The position numbers were made by a program, and so were the translations under genes. DNA of 64,000 nucleotides. Source: Eledone cirrhosa. Its lineage: Eukaryota. Below are positions 11,255-22,814 of this stretch, one piece after another (positions within the stretch are counted from its first letter, which is position 1; every line of letters begins with the position of its first letter). The notes beneath the pieces were generated by a model. It made no database searches, was not told the DNA's origin, and saw nothing but the letters and a program-made list of their open reading frames with translations. The stretch lies in contig OZ024763.1 in assembly GCA_964016885.1 (NCBI GenBank), positions 26,412,001-26,476,000 on the forward strand. Direction: 5' to 3'.

Positions 11255-11923
11255 CAACATATATATACATATACATATGGAAACATATATACCTACAGAC
11301 AGAACATACGTAGTGTATGTAAATATATACAAATATATGTATATACAGTATGTAAATATATACAAAAACGCACAGGAATGTATATACAGCAGGTAAATGT
11401 ATGCAAATATACATACACACATAAATATACACGCACAAATGCTTATGCGTTTGCATACTTAAATATAGACACACATACATACATAAATGTGTTTGCATAT
11501 ATATATATATAGAGATAGATAGATAGATATACACACATATAAGCTTATGCATTTGCATATATACATACAAAAATATAGACATATACACATACAAATGTGT
11601 TTGCATACATATAAAAATATACACACACACATGCATATATAGACAGTAACACTCACATACACAGCATAAATCTACATCTGGTACCCTACCATCCATACCA
11701 GGAAGGTTTCCTCAACTAAAATAAAGCTGGCATCTCTACATGGAGATATTTGGACAGATATCAATGGTGGTCTGCAGAAATCTGCTCTCTCCCCCTTCTC
11801 CCAGTCTCACACACACACACACTCACTCACTCACTCACTCTCACACACACACACTCGCTCTCACACATACATACTTACACACACACACACACACTCTCGC
11901 TCGCACACATATTCTCTCTCTCT

Positions 11924-11966
<43 letters not shown>

Positions 11967-12115
11967 GTCAATCACACTATATCTGTTTCAGCCTCTTTCA
12001 CTCAGTCTTCTCTCTCTCTCAGAGTCAGTCACTCTCTTTATCTCACTCTCTCTCTCTCCTGTTTTGCTACCACTTCTAGTTTTATTGATCAACACACACA
12101 CACACACACACTTCT
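11255..12115. repeat. Degenerate TA/CA/CT microsatellites
   Basis: Read directly. Confidence 0.85.
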
Positions 12116-12480
12116 GATTTAGTTGTGGCCAGTTGGAAATCTGTCATAACCCTTCCCCTCTCTCTTTCCCCACCAGAGCACAACCACCACAATAATTATT
12201 ATTATTATCAGTAGTAGTAGTAGTAGCAACAGCAGTCTTATATACAACAGCACATCTCACTAACTTTTTCTCTGCATCCCCCCCTCCTCTCCTCTAGCAC
12301 AAATATAATACCCATACACACACACAATGTAATAATGCATTTATTTATGTAGTAGGAACACAGGTCAATAGCTATGATTCATTGTAACAATCTGGACTGG
12401 CCTGGAGGAAGGGACGACCGGAGGAGGAGAAGAAAAAAACCAATATCATACAAACGTAATTATAAAAATAAAGATAATAA

Positions 12481-13076
12481 TAATTGTTTCTACTTTTGGC
12501 ACAAGGCCATAAATTACCCAGTACATTACTGGTACTTTATTTTATCGACCCCGTAAGGATGAACGGCAAAGTTAACCTCGGTGGGATTTGAACTCAGAAT
12601 GGCAAGGGCCGTAACTCAATGCGTCAAAGCATGGCGTCCGACCCTCTACCGATACTGCCAAGTCACCGCCATAAAGATAATAACTCAAAGATAATAATGG
12701 TTTCTGATTTAGGCACAAGGCCAACAATTTTAGGTGGAGAGGGGAAAGTGCATTACTGGTACTTTATCGACCCTGTAAGGATGAAAGGCAAAGCTAACCT
12801 CAGCAGGATTTGAACTTAGAACGTAAAAGGCCGTAACTCTATGCTCCAAAGAAAGTTGTCTGACGCTCTACCAATTCTGCCGATCCACTGTCCCTAATTA
12901 TAACAAAAATAATAATAATAATGGTTTCTGATTTCGGTATAAGACCAACATTTTTGGGTGGAGGGGGAAGTTAATTAAATCGACACCCCCCCCCCCCCCG
13001 TGCATTACTGGTACTTTATTTTATCAACCCTGTCATGATGAAAGACAAAGCTAACTTTAACGGGATTTGAACTCAA
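12481..13076 (-). mobile_element. Cluster of three co-oriented SINE A copies
   Basis: ~12481-12670 (TSD ATAAAGATAATAA at 12468 and 12671), ~12695-12895, ~12920-13076 truncated. Confidence 0.9.
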
Positions 13077-13089
13077 TAATATTAACAAT

Positions 13090-13460
13090 AAACTACTTGA
13101 AACAGCCCCTGGTCTTATTATACAAAACTGTTCAGATTCTGCCATCATTTCATGTAAGAAACCTTTGTTAAGTTATGTTCCCAAACACCAACTTAACCCT
13201 TATAATGCTACTGTCTGAAACAGCCTCTGGTTCTGTAATACAAAACTGTTTGAAAGTGTTTATATTTATCTAAAAACCTTCCATCATAATTTTATGTAAG
13301 AACCTTTGTTAAGTTATGTTCCAAACATCCCTGGTTCTGTGATACAAAACATTATTCTTTTAAGTGTTTATGTTTATCTAAAAACCTTCCATCATAATTC
13401 CATGAAAAAACCTTTGTTAAGTTATGTTCCAAACACCAACTTAATGAGAAAGTTAGATTA
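13090..13460 (+). mobile_element. Probable second TTAA-CCCT MITE family with internal duplications
   Basis: TTAACCCT near 13193; AACCTTTGTTAAGTTATGTTCC occurs three times; related pieces at 17620-17680 and 18020-18141. Confidence 0.45.
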
Positions 13461-13691
13461 TATTACTGTTGATGACTTAGTGTGTGTTTGTAGTACTGTT
13501 GATGACTTAGTGTGTCTGTGTGTGTAAGTAGCCATGTGTGTGTGTGTGTGTGAGCATGTAGCCATGTATGTGTGAATAGAAGTAACCATGTGTTTCTGTA
13601 ATAGTTAGTGTTTGTATGTGTGTGTGATACGTGTGAGTGCAATAGTTAGTGTGTGTATGTGTACTTCTTAGCGTATGTGTGTAATTCTTAG

Positions 13692-13756
<65 letters not shown>

Positions 13757-14365
13757 GCATGCATGTGTGTGTGTGTGCGTGTGCGTGTGTAGCCAGCGTA
13801 ACATAAGATTGGCACTTTGCAATAATTATGGAAGACACAATCTAAATCCCATGCATGGGAAATGGATGGAAACTCGACATAAAAACAACATTAAATGGTA
13901 AAGATGATGCCAATGACACATTATTCCAGTCTGATGGAGGGGGAATTTAATCCAGTTTACACATAACTAACAGTTTCTCTGCCTCATCTGTGTCTTAAGT
14001 GCTTTTCAAAGAGCCATGGCTGACATTACTAGTGAGAATTACATCAAAAGAATTTCACACCTGCCTCAACTCACTCATGTTGTTGTTGTCGTCGTCGTTA
14101 GAACAAACTATTAAGGAATATTGTGTGTGAAGCTTGGTTCAATTTATTTTCTGTTACTAAGTGCTGTTGCCATGGATGATATCTAAAATGCACCCAGTAT
14201 CTGTAAAGGTGGGTTGGTGTTAAGAAGGACAAGCCATAGAAATTGTACCAAATATCTGAGGCATGAGGATGACAAGGTCTCTCTGACCTTTCTACTAATA
14301 CTAAGTCTTGCATCGTGAAAACCTAGTCAACCAATGCCAGCATGGAAGGCTAGGTTGTCATGAGA

Positions 14366-14650
14366 TGGCTTAGTGGTTAGAGCATCAAATTCACATTCTT
14401 GAGATTGTGAGTTTGATTCCCAGACTGGGATATATACTCTATCTGTAGAAATGAGTTAAGATGTCACTGGTGCCAAGCTATATCAGCTATTGCCTTTCCC
14501 TTGGACAACATCGGTGGCGTTGAGAAGAGAGGCTGGTATGCATGGGTGATTGCTGGTCTTCCACAAACAACTTTGCCCGGACTCGTGTCTCGGAAAGGTA
14601 ACTTTCTAGGTACAAATCTCATGATCATTTGTGACCGAAGAGGGTCATTA
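14366..14650 (+). mobile_element. tRNA-derived SINE family D
   Basis: Head ATGGCTTAGTGGTTAGAGCA..GAGTTTGATTCC; body GATGTCACTGGTGCCAAG..CAACATCGGTGGC shared with 47405-47562. Confidence 0.75.
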
Positions 14651-14663
14651 TCCTTAATATATG

Positions 14664-14789
14664 TGTATGTGAATTTCGTATATCTAAAGATATATGGTAT
14701 GTTTAATAAATAAACATTTTTTGAAAGCCTCGGCTATGTTTATTTATTAAACATACAATATATCTTTAGATATAAAAAATTCACATACA
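14664..14789. other. Inverted repeat, 54-bp arms, 18-nt loop
   Basis: 14664-14717 pairs with 14736-14789 with ~3 mismatches. Confidence 0.9.
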
Positions 14790-14829
14790 TGTATGTATAC
14801 AGCTATGCCTCAGCTAAATTCTAATAATA

Positions 14830-14871
<42 letters not shown>

Positions 14872-14941
14872 AAAGAAAGAAAAAAAGAATGATTTCACTC
14901 ACTGGTGCTTGGTATTTCAAATACTTACAGTAAGTTGTTAG

Positions 14942-15113
14942 TAATTGTTTCTACGTTAGGCACAAGGTCACCAATTACCCAGTGTATTGCTGGTACTTTA
15001 TTTTATCGACCCCGTAAGGATGAAAGGCAAAGTTAACCTCGGCGGGATTTGAACTCAGAATGGCAAGGGCCGTAACTCTAGGCGCCCGACCCTCTACCAA
15101 TACTGCCAATCCA
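14942..15113 (-). mobile_element. SINE family A with internal deletion
   Basis: Consensus match; lies between ~30-bp inverted arms near 14913-14942 and 15140-15169. Confidence 0.88.
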
Positions 15114-15191
15114 CAATAATATTAACCAGAACTAATATCATTAACAAATTACTGTAAAGATTTGAAATATATCTTACTGTAGGGATTTCTT

Positions 15192-15252
<61 letters not shown>

Positions 15253-15259
15253 ATTTCTT

Positions 15260-15315
<56 letters not shown>

Positions 15316-15402
15316 CTAGAGAGGGGGAGAGAGGTGGGGGCGGGCAGACACCGACAGACAGCAGGTAGACAAATAGATAGATACACCAATAGACAGATGA
15401 AC

Positions 15403-15435
<33 letters not shown>

Positions 15436-15960
15436 TATTTCTTTATTAGCCACAGGGGCACAAAAGAAGGGGACAAATACAAAGGGGGAAGTTTACATAC
15501 AATAAAAACGTGTAAAATGTTATCACAGATGGAATTTAAAAGTTAGTCGATTTTCCCCAATAGAGGGAGACAGTTTATATGGGTAACACATACCCCCGAA
15601 AAAAATGTGCAACCCTCATCTCCAGGAGTACGAAGAGCTTGTACTCCTTTCCTCTCCTCCTCCTTTTCCTCAATCTACAGGCTGATATAGAGAGAAGGCC
15701 CATTCACTCGGGCCATTCTCGCCACTTTCACCCACCTTTCATAAAACTTGCTGGGGTACAGCACCTCTCTCTCCATCCTGATTCTTCTTCCAAAGTGGTA
15801 TTTGAAAAAAAGAATCAGTTGTTGGCCGGAGAGAAAGGTGTCTGACCTCAGCCCTTTCAACCTTGTCCACCATACAACCTCTTTCGCCATAGCTATCACA
15901 CAAAGGAAAACCGCCTCTCCTTCGTTTTTGAAGGAGGGTGGCGGTTTGATCATGACAATG
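15436..15960 (-). mobile_element. L1/Tx1-like LINE 3' fragment within (GATA)n
   Basis: Open peptide ..AMAKEVVWWTRLKG..FYERWVKVARMARVNGPSLYISL*, then 3' UTR ending GTGGCTAATAAAGAAAT; GATA arrays on both sides. Confidence 0.75.
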
Positions 15961-16014
<54 letters not shown>

Positions 16015-16189
16015 AACCCATGCTAGCGTGGAAGAACAGACGTAAAACGGTGATGATGATAGATAGATATATTAGTGGATAGATACATAGACAGACAGAT
16101 TAGATAGATTAGATAGATAAATAGATAGATGGACAGATAGATTGGTTGACAGACAGACAGACAGACAGACAGACAGATTGGTGGATAGA

Positions 16190-16636
16190 CATAAAAATCA
16201 CATAACTTTAACATTAATAAATGACAATAAACTATATATAATAAAATAACAATTGAAATCCCCAATAGGGGCAGGGGGCGTTACTGCTGGGTTGTTTTAC
16301 ACCCCGTGGATAGAACAACCCTTAACACCAGGAACACGTTTTGTAGGTGTTCCCGTCTCCTTAACCTACAGGTTTATATACAGGGAAGGCCCATTCACTC
16401 GGGCCATTTTCGCCACATTCACCTACCTTTTAGCGAATTTACTGGGGGTGTAGCACCTCTATCTCCACTCTCACCTTCCTTCTGAAGTGGTACTTAAAGA
16501 AGGGGATAAGTTGTTGTCCAGAGAGAAAGGTGTTTGCCCTCAGTCCTTTTAACCTCGTCCACCATATTACTTCTTTCGCCGTAGCCACAGGACAGAGGAA
16601 AACCGCCTCTCCTTCATTCTTAAATGAAGGCAGCAG
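16190..16636 (-). mobile_element. Second L1/Tx1-like 3' fragment
   Basis: PSFKNEGEAVFLCPVATAKEVIWWTRLKGLRANTFLSGQQLIPFFKYHF, paralogous to 15675-15953, frameshifted; GATA/GACA flanks. Confidence 0.75.
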
Positions 16637-17429
16637 GATAGACAGACAGACAAATTGGTGGATAGATATATAGACAAACGAATTAGATAGATAGATTGAT
16701 TGGTTGATAGATAGACTGACATACAGGTGTAAAACTATGATTATAGTAGCAATCAATAGATCAATCAACAAGGTAATATCTATGAGGCTTCTTAGATTGT
16801 TCCTGGAAAACTAATTAAATCAGAATTAGATTAGAGAAAATCAATAGTGAAACCTGTTTAAATGGTCTCTTTTGAAGTGGAAGGAGAAAATAGCACCAAA
16901 GACTGACAGCAAGATTATAATTGTTCAAGACACCCACCCACCCACCCACCCACATATATATATATGTTTATTTATATATATATATATACATGCATAGACA
17001 GAGACATATAGATACAGGCACACACACACACACAAGCACAGACATATATACATATATATATATATTTTACAGAGGTACACACACACAGACAGGCAGACAT
17101 ATATACATATATATATATTAGAGGTACACACACACAGACAGAGGCATGCATATCCAAACAGAGAGACACACCACACTACACACAGAGACAAACACAGGTA
17201 CAGGCACACAGAGATATACACACAAGCACAGACATACACACACACACAGGCAGGCATGGAAGTACACACACATCCACAGAGAGACAACTATATAACATGA
17301 GGTAAGATTACATCTTTACTGGTCAAATTTATCTGGAAACAGTGTTAGGTTTTAGTATTGCTCCTGGTCAGAATAACTGCGACAATTAGGTCAACAATGT
17401 AACCGACTGGAGTAGATCAACAAACCTGA

Positions 17430-17585
17430 ATCCTTTTTGGTACCAGACAGCCCTTAATATACAATACCAAACAGCCCTCAATTTATAACGCCAAACAGAC
17501 CTCCATTTATGATACCAGGTAGCCTTCGAGTTATGATACCAGGCAGCCTTCGATTTATGATAGGCAGCCTTTGATTTATGATACA
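17430..17585 (+). repeat. Degenerate ~22-24 bp tandem (TTATGATACCAGGCAGCCTTCGA)
   Basis: About 6 diverged copies. Confidence 0.7.
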
Positions 17586-17681
17586 TAACTGCTTATTTTT
17601 AAATGGTTGTCTGTATATTTAATTCTTCCATCATAATTTTATTTAAGAAATTTTTTATTTAAGTAATGTTCTAAACACATG

Positions 17682-18015
17682 ATCCTGTAACTCCCAAGGC
17701 AGTCGTAGGGGCGCCATATTGACATACAGTGTTTTTAGGGTATTATTCTAAAACCTGGTGGAGCCCATCTCCTCTCTAAGTCTGAACACAGCAAATTTCT
17801 TCCAGAGAAGGATAGAGACTGAGAGAAAGGAGATGAGAAAGAGATATAGAAAATAATCAACCCCAGTACTCGACTGATACTTTTTTTAATATATTGACTT
17901 TGAATGGATGAAAGGCAAAGTTGATCTCAACAAGATTTGAACTGGTATGAGAGCAGAGATGTTGAATACTGAAATGCATCCTATCCAACATTCTAACGAC
18001 TGCCATTTTTGCCAC
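17682..18015 (-). mobile_element. Older SINE with family A-like core and a different tail
   Basis: GGATGAAAGGCAAAGTTGATCTC..GATTTGAACT core; AACCTGGTGGAGCCCA..GTCTGAACACAGC shared with 49705-49900. Confidence 0.65.
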
Positions 18016-18344
18016 CTGTTATGTTCTAAATGTTAGCTTACTAATGATAGAGTTATTTTATTAAACTCCAAGTATTTAATTAATTAGGTTCAAAAGAAAT
18101 TGAAAAACAGGCATTGGAAATATAGCAATGAAAGGGTTTAAGGGCCATGGTTTTATACTAATTTGGATAATTGAATAAACTTCTGCCAACATTTATATCT
18201 CACAACTTATAACCTGGTCATTGCCATACAGTGACAAGATCACAAACAGTGCAACAAAAATATTGACACAAACACACATCTATATATATAATAGGGGGAG
18301 AAAATTAACATTTTTTTTTGTCTATTTTCGAAATGTTTAGATTT

Positions 18345-19241
18345 AGTTTCAACACTTCAGATCAAGTCACTTGCCAGACATATACAACTGTGGCTAAAAT
18401 GACTCTTCCATGATATAGTTGCCTTAGTTTCAATACACAACACACAATCTCAGATCAAGACAATTGCCAGACATGTACAACTGTGGCTAAAATGACTCTT
18501 CCATGATATAGTTGCCTTAGTTTCAATACACAACACACAATCTCAGATCAAGACAATTGCCAGACATGTACAACTGTGGATTAAATGACTCTTCCATGAT
18601 GTAGTTGCTTTAGTTTCAATATACAACACACAATCTCAGATCAAGACAGTTGCCAGACATGTACAACTGTGGCTCAAATGACTCTTCCATGATGTAGTTG
18701 CCTTAGTTTCAATATACAACACACAATCTCAGATCAAGACAATTGCCAGACATGTACAACTGTGGCTCAAATGACTCTTCCATGATGTAGTTGCCTTAGT
18801 TTCAATATACAACACACAATCTCAGATCAAGACAGTTGCCAGACATGTACAACTGTGGATCAAATGACTCTTCCATGATGTAGTTGCTTTAGTTTCAATA
18901 CACAACACACAATCTCAGATCAAGACAATTGCCAGACATGTACAACTGTGGCTCAAATGACTCTTCCATGATGTAGTTGCCTTAGTTTCAATATACAACA
19001 CACAATCTCAGATCAAGACAGTTGCCAGACATGTACAACTGTGGATCAAATGACTCTTCCATGATGTAGTTGCTTTAGTTTCAATACACAACACACAATC
19101 TCAGATCAAGACAATTGCCAGACATGTACAACTGTGGCTCAAATGACTCTTCCATGATGTAGTTGCCTTAGTTTCAATATACAACACACAATCTCAGATC
19201 AAGACAGTTGCCAGACATGTACAACTGTGGATCAAATGACT
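18345..19241 (+). repeat. 93-bp minisatellite, ~9.5 copies, with 186-bp higher-order dimer
   Basis: CAGATCAAG at 18358+93n through 19195; variants alternate in the last six units. Confidence 0.96.
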
Positions 19242-19339
19242 TCACACTATAACCGTTTCAGTTTCAACACATTGTTTTAGACAAATACAACTTCATATTT
19301 AACTCTATCTCTGTGTGTGTGTGTGTACAACTCTGAAAC

Positions 19340-20342
19340 TCAGAATGATAGGTAGGACTGGGCCCCCTGTGTGTCCAATCCAGATTACAAATTTGCATTT
19401 TATTTCAACTAAATTCTGTATGTAGGCTAGCTACAATTGTGTCAGTCTTCAGCAATACTTACACACTGCAATCAAAATATACATGGAGTTTCCCTGTGGC
19501 CTAGTGGTTATGAAGTTGAATTCATAGTCTATCTGGTCTCTTATGAAATATGAGCAAAAGCTAACAACAACAACATGATAGTACTGGGCCCCCTCTCATC
19601 GAAAACACCCAAGAAAATTCCTATATGATTCAATTTCACAGGAGACCAGATAGACATGAATAGGTGTCAGCTGTAACAACATGATAGGAGTGGGGTCCTT
19701 ATCATTAACACATCCTACAAAAACCTGCTGAGATACAACCTTGTAGGAGACCAGCTACAACTACATAGGTGTGAGATGTAAACAACAACATGATAGGGAC
19801 TGGAGGCCCTATCATTATCTCTCACCTTTTTCTGTTTAAACGGGCCATAACTGGCCACTGATTCTGATATTAAAGTATTGTTCTCAAAATAAATAATTGT
19901 TTCTACTTTAGGCACAAGGCCAGTAATTACCCAGTGCATTACTGGTACTTTATTTTATCGACCCCGTAAGGATGAAAGGCAAAGTCAACCTCGGTGGGAT
20001 TTGAACTCAGACCGTAAAGGGACGTAACTATGCTGGAAAGCATGGCGTCCGACCCTCTACCGATACTGCCAATCCACCGTTCTCAAAATAAATAATATCA
20101 AAATCTCGTATATTCAATATCATCTGAGATGAAGGTACCATGAAAATACAATAGTATATATAGAGTAATGTAAATGGTAACGGGTTAAGCCTCTTTATGA
20201 GATATGAGCTTAAATTACATAGGTGTGAGCCTTAACAACGATAAGACTGGGCCTCCTCTCATTAAAAGCACCAAAGAAAATTCCTACGAAATACAATTTC
20301 ATAGGAGACCAGCTAAAATTACATAGGTGTGAGCTGTAACAA
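19340..20342 (-). repeat. Degenerate ~100-bp satellite-like repeat, interrupted by a MITE and SINE
   Basis: ACATAGGTGTGAGC..AACAAC..GATAGGACTGGGCCCC units; reverse complement of 50100-51070. Confidence 0.75.
19820..20184 (+). mobile_element. 5'-truncated MITE P with nested SINE A (minus, ~19898-20078)
   Basis: MITE interior and right end GGG|TTAA; 18-bp TSD GTTCTCAAAATAAATAAT at 19880 and 20079. Confidence 0.88.
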
Positions 20343-20967
20343 CATCTGCACTGCACACTGTACCACCATGGGCACACAAACGGACAGACCTACACACCTA
20401 CACACACAAGGAAAGAGAAAAAAAATGGAGAATTTCATCATCAAAGAATGTAAATTAGAAATAGAAAAGACAGACTGTCTAATCCAGTTTTTAAGAATTC
20501 CTATCAGCATTGGTTCGACAGCAACAGAAGCACGAAAGCTGCGCAGTGTCTTGTTAATAGCAAAAGAGGAACAGAAAGAAAAGGTCAGTTGTCATGGTAA
20601 TAGCAGACAGAAATCAATAATGTTCTGATAGAGAAGAAATAACAACAATGATCATGATGATGATGATGATAATAAAAGGTAAAGAAAGAGACAGGAGATG
20701 TTTAGATTAGATGGCAGAGAATAATGACGACGATGATGATGATGATGATGATGGTGATGGTGTTGATGATGATAATAATAAAAGGTAGAGAGACAGATGT
20801 TTAGATTAGATAGCAAAAAATAATGATGATGATGATAAAGATAGTAATAACAATGCCAACAACAACAATAACAAGAACAATAATAATAATGATAATAATG
20901 ACAATAACAAAGAAGGGTAGAGAGGGGAAGGAGGAGATGTTTAGATTAGATTGACAGAATAATAATA

Positions 20968-21725
20968 ATTGTTTCTACTTTTTTGGCACAAGGCCAGCAA
21001 TTACCCACTGTATTACTGGTACTTTATTTTATCGACCTTGTAAGGATGAAAGGCAAAATTAACCTCGGCGGGATTTGAACAACGTAAAGGGCCGTAACTC
21101 TATGCTGCAAAGCAGGGTATCCGACCCTCTACCGATTACTGCCAATGCACCAATGATAATAATGATAACAATAATAACAATAACAGCACCAATAAGAAAG
21201 AAGGGCTGAGAGAGGGAGAGGAGGAGGTGTTTAGATTAGAATAACAACAATAATGGATAATAATGGTTTCTACTTTAGGCACAAGGCCACCAATTACCCA
21301 GTACATTACTGGTACTTTATTTTATCGACCCCGTAAGGATGAAAGGCAAAGTTAACCTCAGCGGGATTTGAACTCAGAATGGCAAGGGCCGTAAATCTAG
21401 GCGTCAAAGCATGGCGTCCGAGCCTCTACCGATACTGCCAATCCACCTGGATAATAATGATAATAATAATAAAGAAGAGTAGAGAGGAGGGGAGATGTTT
21501 AGATTAGATGTCAGAATGATGATGATGATCATAATAATAATAATTGTTTCTACTTTAGGCACAAGGCCAGCAATTACCCAGTGCATTACTGGTACTTTAT
21601 TTTATCGACCCCGAAAGGATGAAAAGCAAAGTCAACCTCGGCGGGATTTGAACTCAGATCGTAAAGGGACTATGCTGGAAAGCATGGCGTCCGACCCTCT
21701 ACCGATACTGCCAATCCACTGCCCT
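20968..21725 (-). mobile_element. Three co-oriented SINE A copies
   Basis: ~20968-21150, ~21266-21447 (TSD TGGATAATAATG at 21254 and 21448), ~21540-21725. Confidence 0.92.
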
Positions 21726-21745
21726 TGATGATGATAATAATAATG

Positions 21746-22140
21746 ATTTCATTTATTAGCCACAAGGGCCAACATGTAGGGGACAATACAAAGACGGACA
21801 GTGGGGGTTTACAATTAGGTCGAGTAAAAGTGCACAATGGCAAGACTAATTTAACAATGGAGATATAAAAAATATAAAATAAACTATGCAATAAATATAA
21901 CAAAATAAATTCCCCGATAGGGGGTGGACGACCCTGGGGTGACTCGGGTACCCCACCAATCCTGAACCACCCTGCGCTTCTAGGGCACCCAGGGAGAGCA
22001 CCCCTCTCCTCAAGTTAGCTAGCCTATAGGCGCATGGTCAGAGTAGGTCCATTCACATGGGCCATTCTCGCCACATTCATCCACCTTTTAGCAAGTTTAC
22101 TGGGGGGCAGCACTTCTCTCTCCCCACTCACCTTCCTTTC
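21746..22140 (-). mobile_element. Third L1/Tx1-like 3' fragment, in an (AAT)n/SINE tail
   Basis: ERKVSGEREVLPPSKLAKRWMNVARMAHVNGPTLTMRL*; end GTGGCTAATAAATGAAAT; 5' end abuts a SINE A tail. Confidence 0.75.
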
Positions 22141-22740
22141 AATTGTGTCTACTTTAGGCACAAGGCCAGCAATTTGAAAAGGAAGGGAGAGTCAATTAAA
22201 AAATAGACTCTAATGCGTTACTGGTACTTTATTTTATCGACTCCCTCCGTAAGGATGAAAGGCAAAGCTAACTTCAGCATAACTCAGAACGTAAAGGGCC
22301 GTAACTCTATACCGCAAAGTATGTTGTCCAACGCTCTACCAATTCTACTGCCAATCTACCGCCCTAACAATAACAACACCACCACCAATAACAAAGGAGA
22401 GCAGAGAGAAAAGAGGGGTGTTTAGATTAGATGACATGATGATGATGATGTTGATCATCATCATCATCATCATCATCATGACAGCTCCAATAATAAAGAA
22501 GAGAGGGGAGGAGAGAGGAGGTATTTAGATTAGATGACAGAAAATAATAATTGTTGCTATTTTTGGCACAAGGCCAGCAATTACCTCAGTGTATTACTGG
22601 TACTTTATTTTATTGACCCCCCCCCCCCCCCGTTAAGGATGAAAGGCAAAGTTAACCTCGGCGGGATTTGAACTCATAACGCAAAGGGCCATAACTCTAT
22701 GCTGAAAAGTATGGCGTCTGACGCTCTATCAATACTGCCA
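22141..22740 (-). mobile_element. Two SINE A copies
   Basis: ~22141-22365 (long variant) and ~22547-22740. Confidence 0.88.
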
Positions 22741-22814
22741 ATAATAGAGTCGCTATGTTGCGGTACAAACAGATATAATTGAAGCATGGTACTGGATGAT
22801 GGTGATGGTGGTGG

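Larger units (their letters stand above)
20670..22545 (+). repeat. Seven copies of GAGATGTTTAGATTAGA motif separated by (AAT/GAT)n and insertions
   Basis: Motif near 20695, 20795, 20934, 21224, 21492, 22415, 22518. Confidence 0.8.

Noticed and set aside
20587-20600. RFX X-box-like GTTGTCATGGTAAT
   Set aside because: Imperfect single match with no identifiable promoter
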